The notes beneath the pieces were generated by a model. It was not told where the DNA came from and searched no databases. It saw only the letters and a list, made by a program, of their open reading frames with translations. From assembly GCA_041178665.1 (NCBI GenBank), contig JBEGUW010000009.1:1474-33473 (forward strand): 32,000 nucleotides of DNA, in the 5' to 3' direction. A program made the translations under genes and the position numbers. Positions 23,727-32,000 of the stretch are shown here, piece after piece. Source of the DNA: Bacteroidota bacterium (GTDB lineage Bacteria > Bacteroidota > Bacteroidia > NS11-12g > UBA955). How positions within the stretch are numbered: the stretch's first letter is position 1; every line of letters starts with the position of its first letter.

Positions 23727-25214
23727 TTAATCCAATTGCTGATCTAGTATATAAATCATTGCCGCCACTGCGGCCGCACCCAAGTGTAATTCCCTCTTAT
23801 TAACATTTTCAAACACGTCAGTTTCGGCGTGATGCACATCAAAGTAGCGCTGAGAATCTGGAATAAAACTCACAAATGTCGTATTCGGATTCACCTTCTT
23901 TAAGGGTCCGATGTCTGCCCCGCCCCCGCCTTTTTCAATCGTACCAATCCCATAGGCATCCAATAGTTTTTGATACATTTTCACCCCCGGCATAATAGCA
24001 GAATCCACCCCAAAGCCCCTTGGCACAAATCCACCGCGATCACTCTCTAAAGCTGCAATGTGATTTTCGCCTCTCTCCGCCGCCAAACGCGCATATTCCG
24101 TACCACCGCGCAATCCGTTTTCTTCGTTGATCCAAAATACGCATCGCAAAGTATGACGTGGCGTATAGCCCAAAGCCTTCAGCAATCGCAGCGCTTCAAA
24201 GGCATGCATGCAACCTGCCCCATCGTCGTGTGCCCCTTCGCCCTCATCCCAACTATCAAAATGTCCACCAAAGTCGATGATTTTTTCCGGATACTGTGAC
24301 CCCACCGAACTCGCAATCACATTGGCACTCAACCGATCCGGCAGCGTTCTACAATTCAACTCAATTTCAACACGATGATTTGGGTCGATCGCGCAAATAT
24401 CCTCCAACAAATCCGCCACCGCCGTTGCCACCGCCACCATCGGAATTTTGGTCACTGAGTCCTCGTAGTGTGTCACCCCAGTATGCGGATGCAAATCACA
24501 TCGATTGCTCATACTTCTCACCAAAACCGCCAAGGCACCATATTTTGAGCAAGGAACTGCGCCATTGACACGCTGACTTACGCAACCACCATAGGCCTGA
24601 AAGGTATTCAACAGTGTTTCATCAAACGCCCGATTTAGCAATACGATTTTACCACGCAATAGCCCCCCTTTCCCCAAACTATCCAACGCACGATTGCTAT
24701 TCACCACAATTACGGTCCCCGCAACATGTCCGCCCACAGAACCACCCAAGGCACAAGCGTTTAAGGGATAAAATTTCTGGGGTTTGGGATTGGCTTCAAC
24801 AAAGGCCTCACAATTATAATCGTCGCTGGACTTGCCCGACTTCAGATGATTCGTTAGCACTTTTGAATACAATTTCACCGATTCGATTTCTCCCCTTTCC
24901 CATCGAGGCACCATCACAGGCTGGGTAAATACAGTATCAAATTGATAGGATTTTAACATCGAAAGAGCCCATACAATTCCTCTTTCGGCATTGTCAGAAC
25001 CACTCAATCTGGAACCCACACCTTTACACAACTCCCCCAACCGCTTGTATGCATGTCCGTCCGTAAGCGCCAAATCAAACAAGGCCTTGAACATTATACT
25101 GTCGTCCTTGGCCCGCATACGCTCAACAATATCAGCTGGTTGCGCAGAAATCGACAAGCAATTGACGCAAACAAAAAGAAAAATCATTGCTACTTTTAAC
25201 CCTAACCTTTTCAT
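23727..25214 (-). CDS. M28-family zinc aminopeptidase with a PA-like insert (secreted)
   Basis: ATG 25212-25214; the ORF-track M1 is a TTG. Signal peptide MKRLGLKVAMIFLFVCVNCLSISAQ. Metal-ligand region GGHFDSWDEGEGAHDDGAGCMHAFEALR and WINEENGLRGG. Confidence 0.85.
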   Translation of the reverse strand: MKRLGLKVAMIFLFVCVNCLSISAQPADIVERMRAKDDSIMFKALFDLALTDGHAYKRLGELCKGVGSRLSGSDNAERGIVWALSMLKSYQFDTVFTQPVMVPRWERGEIESVKLYSKVLTNHLKSGKSSDDYNCEAFVEANPKPQKFYPLNACALGGSVGGHVAGTVIVVNSNRALDSLGKGGLLRGKIVLLNRAFDETLLNTFQAYGGCVSQRVNGAVPCSKYGALAVLVRSMSNRCDLHPHTGVTHYEDSVTKIPMVAVATAVADLLEDICAIDPNHRVEIELNCRTLPDRLSANVIASSVGSQYPEKIIDFGGHFDSWDEGEGAHDDGAGCMHAFEALRLLKALGYTPRHTLRCVFWINEENGLRGGTEYARLAAERGENHIAALESDRGGFVPRGFGVDSAIMPGVKMYQKLLDAYGIGTIEKGGGGADIGPLKKVNPNTTFVSFIPDSQRYFDVHHAETDVFENVNKRELHLGAAAVAAMIYILDQQLD

Positions 25215-25312
25215 TGCGTCCAAATTACTCAAAAACTTCCATTTACCTTTGAATAGTAAAATTCCCTAAGTAAAAATCAATCAGACAGTCAATCACCACC
25301 AAAATCACTCCA

Positions 25313-26671
25313 ATGAAAAACACATCACTCAACAAGAAAAGTTTGTTATTGCTTGTTTTAGTATTTTTATCAAGTCGATTTGCCACAGCACAGACCTCAT
25401 ATTTCCCGCCACTCACCGGCAACTGGGAAACCATTACACCGAGCAGCCTCGGTTGGTGTAACGAGAATATCGATAGCTTATACAACTACCTCAATCAAAA
25501 AAACACAAAGGCCTTCATCGTATTGAAAGACGGAAAGATTGTCCTTGAGAAATATTTCGGAAATTTTACGCAAGACAGTATCTGGTATTGGGCATCAGCG
25601 GGCAAAACACTTACCGCATTTAGCATCGGACTGGCGCAGCAAGATGGATTATTAAAAATCCAAGAATCAAGCAACAAGTATTTGGGAAAGGGTTGGAGCT
25701 CTTTAACATCAGCTCAGGAAGATAGCGTTACCATTAGACATCACTTAACGATGACAACAGGGCTCAACGATGCTGGGGCTGACCCAGACTGCACCCTTGC
25801 ATCGTGCTTAACCTTCAAAGCAAACGCTGGCAGTCGCTGGGCCTATCATAACGCACCTTACACACTACTTGACAAGGTTATCGAAAGCGCAACAGGTGGT
25901 AATTTAAATAGTTATATCACCAAGAAATTCACTACAAAAATTGGGATGAAAGGATTATTTGTAAAATCCGGTTACTTAAACGTTTATTTTTCCAATGCGC
26001 GCACTATGGCAAGATTTGGATTACTCCTATTAAACAAGGGAGTTTGGGACGGCACAACAATTCTTTCAGACACGCAGTTTTTTAAACAACAAACCAATAG
26101 TAGTCAAACCATCAATCCAAGTTATGGTTATTTGACCTGGCTCAATGGCAAATCCTCGTTTATGGCACCTGGATTTCAACTAAAATTCAATGGCAGTCTG
26201 AACCCCGATGGGCCAAACGATATGTATTGCGCATGGGGAAAAAACGGACAATATATTGATGTAGTACCAAGTCAGAAATTGGTTTTGATTCGAATGGGTA
26301 ACGCACCAGGTGGCAGCGGATCAGCATCGATGGCCGTTGGATTCAATAATGAAATTTGGCAATACATGAACCGATTGCCCTGTAAAAATAACACGGTAAA
26401 TTTTGAAAATCCCCCTTTCTCGATTGGCCCAAACCCTGTAAAAGTTGGTTCGAACATCAATATAACTGCCGGGAATAATCCATTGAATTCTACCGTAAAA
26501 AATGGCACTGTGTCTATCGCCGACAATCTAGGTCGGATCGTCATCGAAACCCCATTCAACCCCTCAGAGTACTTCACTTTGCCCATCAACATCAAACCAG
26601 GAATCTATTTCATACGCATTTCAAGTAACTCTCATCAGGGCCGGAGTCAGCGCTTGCTGGTCATCGACTAA
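25313..26671 (+). CDS. Beta-lactamase-fold serine hydrolase with a T9SS C-terminal sorting domain
   Basis: 452 aa. Signal peptide. SxxK (WASAGKTLTAF), YxN (WAYHNAPY) and a KNG third motif (WGKNGQY). C-terminal roughly 85 aa (GPNPVKVGSNINI...GIYFIRISSN...QRLLVID) resembles a type A Por/T9SS CTD. Confidence 0.8.
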   Translation: MKNTSLNKKSLLLLVLVFLSSRFATAQTSYFPPLTGNWETITPSSLGWCNENIDSLYNYLNQKNTKAFIVLKDGKIVLEKYFGNFTQDSIWYWASAGKTLTAFSIGLAQQDGLLKIQESSNKYLGKGWSSLTSAQEDSVTIRHHLTMTTGLNDAGADPDCTLASCLTFKANAGSRWAYHNAPYTLLDKVIESATGGNLNSYITKKFTTKIGMKGLFVKSGYLNVYFSNARTMARFGLLLLNKGVWDGTTILSDTQFFKQQTNSSQTINPSYGYLTWLNGKSSFMAPGFQLKFNGSLNPDGPNDMYCAWGKNGQYIDVVPSQKLVLIRMGNAPGGSGSASMAVGFNNEIWQYMNRLPCKNNTVNFENPPFSIGPNPVKVGSNINITAGNNPLNSTVKNGTVSIADNLGRIVIETPFNPSEYFTLPINIKPGIYFIRISSNSHQGRSQRLLVID

Positions 26672-26850
26672 CTGACAGAATAGAAATACTAAATAAAAAT
26701 AAAAATTACTACATCCCATCATAGAAGGCGATTAATAATCACCCGGGCCCGACTCTACAAGAAATTGTGAATCAAGGAACTGCAATTTTTTTGCACATTT
26801 GTTTGAATACCCAATTTTTTTCGTAACATTTGAAATCTAAGAATAAATCA

Positions 26851-28983
26851 ATGAAAAAAATATTACCCGTTATTGCATTTTTATTTTCAACATCCACAGC
26901 CTTTGCTCAGATGGTGGCATTGAATTTTGATGGCGTGAACGACCAAGTAGTAGTTAGCGGAACCTCATCACTGAGTCCTACACAAATCACTCTAGAAACT
27001 TGGATGTACGCCAAGAGTTTCAGCTCTAGCCCTTGCGCGGATTGTGCCCCAATCATATGGCATCAAGGAAAAGGATACAGATTTGGAACTGGAAATGGCG
27101 CCGGCGTAGATGTTCAATTCTTCGATGGAAGCTCAACCACAACCCTTAAGAGCTCGATGACCCTATCAACCAATGCTTGGCATCACTTGGCCGTAACCTA
27201 TGATAGTGCAATGATCAAAATGTATATCGACGGTTCGCTTACCGATTCAGTGGCTGCAACATTCGCTTTAAGCTACTCATCAAAAGGCGCCGATGTGTGG
27301 ATTGTAGACCCTGCAACAGGATACGGCGGCACCTTAGAAGAAACCCGCATTTGGAATTATGCCAGAAATTTCAAGGAAATCCGTGAAGGGATGTTCAAGA
27401 CATACAAAAGCGGAACAGCTGGTTTGATGCTTCAATTAAGTTACGACGATGGTGCTCCCTACAAAAACAATACAAGTATCACAACACTTAAAGACGGATC
27501 TGGCAACAGCAACAAATCAACCCTTGCCAATCTCCGCTTACAAGATTCAACATCCAATTTCGTTTTAGGTCGTTCCTACTGCGATACCGTGGCTTATGCA
27601 AAATTTAGCGTCACCCGATGTTCCAAATACCTTCTGCCTTCAAAGAAAAAGACAATTATCAAATCAGGAACATATCAAGACACCATCAAATCATGGAGAG
27701 GCTGCGATTCTGTGATGACAATCAAGTTAACCATCAATCAGCCCACAAGTTCAGGAATAAAAGTGAGCGCTTGCGATTCGTTCGTCAACCCCAACAATGG
27801 CGTTGTATATCGGAAATCAGGCACCTACAAGGCCACGATTTCTAACAAAGCCGGATGTGATAGTTCAATCGCCTATTTCGTGACTATCGGATATAAAGAT
27901 ACCAACTTCATCTATTATAATGAATGTCTGCAAGCAACCTTAACCAATGGCACCAAAGTAACCCAAAGCGGTACTTATGTAGATAAATTCAAAACCTATT
28001 TGGGTTGCGATAGTTTTGACTACCACATCGTTAATATCACCAAGTCGAGCACTGCAAAACGCACACTCAAACTCTGTAAATTCATCGTTTGCCCAACAAA
28101 TAGTAGCTTGGTCTTCAAAAAACCCGGCGTCTATTATGATACCATCAAAAACGTTGCTGGTTGCGATAGTGCCATCGAATACACCGTGGTAAGCGCATCA
28201 ACCTATGGAACTATTTCCCCCACTGCATGCAATAGTTACAAGAGTCCATCGGGCAATTACACATATACCACTTCTGGAACCTATTACGATACCCTCTTTA
28301 GTCTAAACAAAGCAGGTTGCGATAGCTTTATCACAATCAATTTGACAATGTCTACCGCAACCAAACTATCATTATCGCCCGTCGCTTGCAGAAGCTACAA
28401 AGTTCCATCCGGCGTTCAAGTGGTTACAACCAGTAAAACCGTAAAAGACTACATCAAAGGCTATAAAGGCTGCGATAGCATCGAATACACCATTAATGTC
28501 ACCATTAATAATGCCAACGTTGGTACAACAAGAAGTGTGAACACACTTTCGGCAACGACAACCAATTCCGCAGCGACATTCCAATGGTTGGATTGCAATA
28601 ATGGCATGGCTAAAATTGCTGGAGCAACAAACAAAGATTTCACACCGGCTCAAGATGGAAAATTCGCAATCTCAGTGACTGAAAATAGCTGCACCGACAC
28701 TTCAGCCTGTGTCACATTCGCGGTTAACGGATTGAAAGAAATTCCTGCTAATCTGCTAAAGTTGACACCCAACCCAAGCAGCGGTGCTTTTGTTCTCAAT
28801 TGCCTATCTCCTTTGCATGATGTCAATATCTCTTTAGTCAACATTCAAGGCCAAATCGGACAGACATGGTCGATCCGTGAACTCAAACAACAAGAGTTCA
28901 ACGTCCAAGTATCAGCTGGCGTTTGGTATTTGAAAATCTCAGCAAAGGAAGGCCAACAGGTGATCCCTGTGATCTTTGAGTAA
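26851..28983 (+). CDS. T9SS cargo protein: LamG-like lectin domain, six Cys-pair repeats and a T9SS C-terminal sorting domain
   Basis: ATG 26851 gives MKKILPVIAFLFSTSTAFAQ; the ORF-track start at 26830 is a TTG. LamG/ConA-like segment (LNFDGVNDQVVV...WHHLAVTYDS..IKMYIDG). Six repeats, each ending in GCDS. CTD LKLTPNPSSGAFVL...GVWYLKISAKEG..VIPVIFE. Confidence 0.8.
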   Translation: MKKILPVIAFLFSTSTAFAQMVALNFDGVNDQVVVSGTSSLSPTQITLETWMYAKSFSSSPCADCAPIIWHQGKGYRFGTGNGAGVDVQFFDGSSTTTLKSSMTLSTNAWHHLAVTYDSAMIKMYIDGSLTDSVAATFALSYSSKGADVWIVDPATGYGGTLEETRIWNYARNFKEIREGMFKTYKSGTAGLMLQLSYDDGAPYKNNTSITTLKDGSGNSNKSTLANLRLQDSTSNFVLGRSYCDTVAYAKFSVTRCSKYLLPSKKKTIIKSGTYQDTIKSWRGCDSVMTIKLTINQPTSSGIKVSACDSFVNPNNGVVYRKSGTYKATISNKAGCDSSIAYFVTIGYKDTNFIYYNECLQATLTNGTKVTQSGTYVDKFKTYLGCDSFDYHIVNITKSSTAKRTLKLCKFIVCPTNSSLVFKKPGVYYDTIKNVAGCDSAIEYTVVSASTYGTISPTACNSYKSPSGNYTYTTSGTYYDTLFSLNKAGCDSFITINLTMSTATKLSLSPVACRSYKVPSGVQVVTTSKTVKDYIKGYKGCDSIEYTINVTINNANVGTTRSVNTLSATTTNSAATFQWLDCNNGMAKIAGATNKDFTPAQDGKFAISVTENSCTDTSACVTFAVNGLKEIPANLLKLTPNPSSGAFVLNCLSPLHDVNISLVNIQGQIGQTWSIRELKQQEFNVQVSAGVWYLKISAKEGQQVIPVIFE
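27580..28512 (+). repeat. Six tandem, roughly 45-52-aa protein-level repeats (C...SGTY.DT....GCDS....[LV].I) within the LamG/T9SS gene
   Basis: GCDS occurs six times (WRGCDSVMTIKL, KAGCDSSIAYFV, YLGCDSFDYHIV, VAGCDSAIEYTV, KAGCDSFITINL, YKGCDSIEYTIN). Each is preceded about 25-30 aa upstream by a Cys and an SGTY/PGVY-like turn. Confidence 0.75.
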
Positions 28984-29063
28984 GCATTAATTGTATCATT
29001 GTCTCAAGCGCAATTTGAGGCATTGAATTTCACATTTTACAGACGCTGATTTCAGCGATCCCA

Positions 29064-29112
29064 ACTACAAAGAGGAAGGGGGCAACGATGTTGCCCCCTT
29101 CCTCTTTGTAGT
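29064..29112. terminator. Very long perfect hairpin (23-bp stem, 3-nt loop) between convergent genes; candidate bidirectional terminator or repeat element
   Basis: ACTACAAAGAGGAAGGGGGCAAC (29064-29086), loop GAT, then GTTGCCCCCTTCCTCTTTGTAGT (29090-29112). Every position pairs. No T-tract on either side. Confidence 0.55.
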
Positions 29113-29143
29113 CTAAACTGATCCACCCAGAATGAAATTAATA

Positions 29144-30313
29144 TTACTGAAAAACTCTTACAAAATCGACCTCCATAGACTGAGGGAATTTGGTATTCAC
29201 ATCAGGATTCCCGCCAAAGTTGCCACCCACGGCCACATTGAAAATGAAAAAATGAGGCTCGTTAAAGGGATAAGCAGCCTTACCCACATTGGCAGCTTTG
29301 AATGTGAAATACAACTGATCATCAACAAACCATTGCATTTGATCCTTAACCCAAATCAAGGAAAACACATGAAACTTATCGGCAAATGACCCAGAAGTTA
29401 AATTGAATTCTTTTGTCATGTAACTATTCCCACCTCCAACATCACTCCAATGCGGTGTGCCGTATACTCTATTGGGAATATTCCCCTTATATTCCATAAT
29501 ATCAATTTCACCACAACCGGGCCAACCCACCGTGGAAATCTTATCGCCCAACATCCACAATGCCGGCCAATACCCCTGTCCCTGAGGCAATTTTGCGCGT
29601 ATATCAATTCTACCAAAAACAAAAGACTGTTTGCCCTGGGTTTTAATTCTAGCCGATGAATAATTCGCACCTTGTACCGATTCCTTCCTTGCTGTGATTT
29701 TCAATTTACCATTACTCACCTCCACATTCTTAGGACCAGACTGATAATACTGAAGCTCATTATTGCCCCAACCCCAATTGCCTTGACCTACCTCATAAAC
29801 CCAATTTGACAAATTCAGACTGTTCCCTTCAAACTCATCAGACCAAATCAACCCATATCCAGGATATGACTTGGGCGTATTATACCCATCCACGTTTGAA
29901 ATCACACCTGCATCGTCATTCTTGATCTTAACAGTACAAAAAGGCGTGGGAATATTCAACCCCTCTGGACTAGAAAAAGAAACCCAAAAAACCTCATCCA
30001 ACTCCACAGATGTATCGCCAAAAATCTGCAATGAGATTTCAGCTGACTGCTGTCCCGCGGGAATGGTAATTGTTCCTGATTTGGAAGCATAATCCACGTC
30101 AGATTTTGCCGTAGAAGAAGTCGTTTTAAAGAAAAATCTAACATCCCGGCCACTAGGAGTATTCAGTGACACGATACATCGGACAACGTGTGAGCTGTCG
30201 CCTTCTAAGACGTTAATATCAGAAAGCAACAACGAAGGAATAGGGTCGTTTTGCTTGCAACCATTTGCTATAAATAAAAGTATTCCAACACCAAAAAAAG
30301 TTAAAAATCGCAT
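29144..30313 (-). CDS. GH16-family endo-beta-glucanase (laminarinase-like) lipoprotein with an N-terminal Calx-beta domain
   Basis: 389 aa. Lipoprotein signal LLFIANGC. Calx-beta segment (KSDVDYASKSGTITIPAGQQSAEISLQIFGDTSVELDEVFWVSF). GH16 catalytic motif GEIDIMEY (ExDxxE). Its ATG overlaps the upstream gene's stop by 1 nt. Confidence 0.9.
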   Translation of the reverse strand: MRFLTFFGVGILLFIANGCKQNDPIPSLLLSDINVLEGDSSHVVRCIVSLNTPSGRDVRFFFKTTSSTAKSDVDYASKSGTITIPAGQQSAEISLQIFGDTSVELDEVFWVSFSSPEGLNIPTPFCTVKIKNDDAGVISNVDGYNTPKSYPGYGLIWSDEFEGNSLNLSNWVYEVGQGNWGWGNNELQYYQSGPKNVEVSNGKLKITARKESVQGANYSSARIKTQGKQSFVFGRIDIRAKLPQGQGYWPALWMLGDKISTVGWPGCGEIDIMEYKGNIPNRVYGTPHWSDVGGGNSYMTKEFNLTSGSFADKFHVFSLIWVKDQMQWFVDDQLYFTFKAANVGKAAYPFNEPHFFIFNVAVGGNFGGNPDVNTKFPQSMEVDFVRVFQ

Positions 30314-31185
30314 TATTCAGGCGACGACAATGTAAAACGCCAAAGACCGGCACCGAAATTAACTTCTACCTCGGTAAAACGTTCAGTAGCCGTTTTTGTC
30401 TGCGATAAAACCTTATAATCTACGCCCATTTGAGGTGTACTCACTTCCTTTCCATTGGCTACTTTTTGAAGTCCGATGTAGGCACCTTTTCCAACCATTT
30501 TTAGCATCAATGGGTCAGTTCCCCCGCCAGTAAACATAAACTGATGAACCCCGCTACCCCAAGCCTTTCTGTCGGCAGAATACGACGAATCTGGAAAACA
30601 ACCATCGGGAGAAAGTCCAATTAGTGCCTCGCCCCAAACATCTCCCTTGGTATCGAATTTCACCGTACCATCTCCGTTAAATGTCCACTCATCATTAAAA
30701 GTACAAGCGCGAGAAACAATTCCTGGCATATCAATATACCACCATGTTGAACTGCCATCTGGGGGACCCACCCATAAAGCACCTGCCTTTTTTGCCAATT
30801 TCCATGTCCGAGAAGTGCAATCGGTCATAAACTCCATTGGAGCAGCACACGGCGGCTTATCGTTTTTAAAAATTTCTACGTATCCAGAAACCGTATCACT
30901 TCCACCCTGAGCATATACCGTAAGCAAAACCTTGTATTTACCCTTTTTTACGATGTTTGCTGTCACTTCCTTTCCCGACAAATTCCCCAAGCCGTCGATC
31001 GACCAGTTGAACAAAAAAGGATCGCCCTGCGATGTGCTGATTAGTTTAATGTTGTTAGAATCCACATAACTAACAGAAAATGCGGCTTCAGGTAAATCTT
31101 TCAGTTCAATTCGATCCCTTTTGCAAGCAAAGACGGACAATGTCAGTAACGATGCTACAATCCAAATCCCATTATTTTTTTTCAT
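30313..31185 (-). CDS. PKD-domain lipoprotein, candidate surface glycan-binding protein of the PUL
   Basis: 290 aa. Lipoprotein signal LTLSVFAC. PKD-like segment (AAFSVSYVD...FNWSIDG...GKYKVLLTVYAQGGSDTVSGYVEI). Trp/Cys-rich C-terminal domain. Position between SusD and GH16. Confidence 0.7.
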   Translation of the reverse strand: MKKNNGIWIVASLLTLSVFACKRDRIELKDLPEAAFSVSYVDSNNIKLISTSQGDPFLFNWSIDGLGNLSGKEVTANIVKKGKYKVLLTVYAQGGSDTVSGYVEIFKNDKPPCAAPMEFMTDCTSRTWKLAKKAGALWVGPPDGSSTWWYIDMPGIVSRACTFNDEWTFNGDGTVKFDTKGDVWGEALIGLSPDGCFPDSSYSADRKAWGSGVHQFMFTGGGTDPLMLKMVGKGAYIGLQKVANGKEVSTPQMGVDYKVLSQTKTATERFTEVEVNFGAGLWRFTLSSPE

Positions 31186-31207
31186 CCTATTTTAAATTAA
31201 AATTCTA

Positions 31208-32000
31208 TTAGTAACCCTTATTTTGAGTGATTACACCCTGACTTGCATCGATTTCATTTTGCGGAATAGGCAAAAATTCACTCACTCCTTTTATAAATCC
31301 ATCAACAGATAAAACGCTCGATGCTTGGTTTGTTCTTACCAAATCAAAGAACCTATGTCCTTCTGTTGCCAATTCCAACTGCCTTTCTTTATATATATCC
31401 AATAGCAACAAATTCCCCGTTGATGCAATGGCTGACAATCCAACCCGGTTGCGAACGCGATTCAAATAAGTCTGTGCCGCTGCATCACTACCACCGCTGC
31501 GGACCAGGCCTTCGGCGGCCATTAACAAAACATCAGCAAATCTAATTTCCCTAATATTGTTACCCCAATTCAACGCAGGCTCTCCATCAGATGCCTTATT
31601 TGCTGCGATAGGCGCATATTTCCGAATAAAGAACCCTGTATTTTGATATCCTTTAGAATAGGATCCCCCCGAAATTGTATCCGCATCAATAATAGTGTGC
31701 GCAAATCTTGGATCGCCACGCAACAGATCGGCAAGAGACTTATTGACAGGAGCAAACCCCCAACCTGGAGCAAATAAAGGTCCGTTATAATCGCGCATGC
31801 CTACAAATTGTACAGCCACGTTTCCTTCGCCCCAACCCGAGCCAAATGAACCCCAATCTGATCGTGCATTTTCACTATATGCAATTTCAAAAACCGACTC
31901 TTTGCCAAATTCACTAGAAGGTTTAAAAATATCGCCATAATTCTTCTCCAAATCATACGCATTAGAATTAATCACCTCTTCACACAACTTTGCGACATCG
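31208..32000 (-). CDS. SusD/RagB-family nutrient-binding outer-membrane lipoprotein (C-terminal part; the gene continues beyond the window)
   Basis: The frame stays open to the window edge; the ORF-track M1 is a TTG. C-terminal SusD-like features RQLELATEGHRFFDLVR and LPIPQNEID...NKGY. Confidence 0.85.
   Translation of the reverse strand, partial: DVAKLCEEVINSNAYDLEKNYGDIFKPSSEFGKESVFEIAYSENARSDWGSFGSGWGEGNVAVQFVGMRDYNGPLFAPGWGFAPVNKSLADLLRGDPRFAHTIIDADTISGGSYSKGYQNTGFFIRKYAPIAANKASDGEPALNWGNNIREIRFADVLLMAAEGLVRSGGSDAAAQTYLNRVRNRVGLSAIASTGNLLLLDIYKERQLELATEGHRFFDLVRTNQASSVLSVDGFIKGVSEFLPIPQNEIDASQGVITQNKGY

Noticed and set aside
26447-26455. GGTTCGAAC, a tRNA T-loop-like sequence
   Set aside because: It lies inside the serine-hydrolase CDS (encoding ...VGSNI...) and has no flanking acceptor, D or anticodon stems. 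No intergenic region in the window is long or structured enough for a tRNA.
1-32000. Search for CRISPR arrays, IS elements or integrases, toxin-antitoxin pairs, restriction-modification or other defence-system signatures
   Set aside because: No regularly spaced repeats, no transposase, recombinase, nuclease or ATPase-type ORFs, and no small paired ORFs were seen. Every ORF longer than 110 aa that is not antisense to a stronger gene is accounted for by the features listed.

Overview
This window appears to come from a Bacteroidota (Flavobacteriia-like) chromosome. The evidence is two T9SS C-terminal sorting domains, a SusD-family gene, a single-subunit b558-type succinate dehydrogenase anchor and TAnnTTTG -7 promoter boxes. 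It is gene-dense, with 28 CDS on both strands. I found no rRNA or tRNA, no CRISPR, no transposase or integrase, and no recognisable defence or toxin-antitoxin genes. The left half is core housekeeping: grpE-dnaJ followed by a secreted M48 peptidase, ribE, sdhCAB, a MATE exporter translationally coupled to a small envelope protein, an RluA-family pseudouridine synthase, an alkyltransferase-like (Cys->Ala) MGMT-family protein, a secreted CGHC thioredoxin-fold protein, two small beta-barrel-like proteins, a front-end-type fatty-acid desaturase and a cold-shock protein. The right half is accessory and glycan-oriented. It holds an L-fucose locus: two GH29 fucosidases divergent from an operon encoding a cytidylyltransferase-like/GHMP-kinase fusion, FucP and a RhaM-family mutarotase. 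It also holds a fatty-acid-hydroxylase-family membrane protein, an M28 peptidase and two T9SS cargo proteins (a beta-lactamase-fold serine hydrolase and a LamG protein with six Cys-pair repeats). The window ends in the 3' end of a laminarin-type PUL (SusD, PKD/glycan-binding lipoprotein, Calx-beta-GH16). The best candidate for something undescribed is the fucose locus. Its content fits scavenging and nucleotide activation of fucose by a compact non-Fkp fused enzyme rather than catabolism. That reading rests on motifs and gene context only. The ORF track uses GTG/TTG as M, so several starts were moved to the first plausible ATG.
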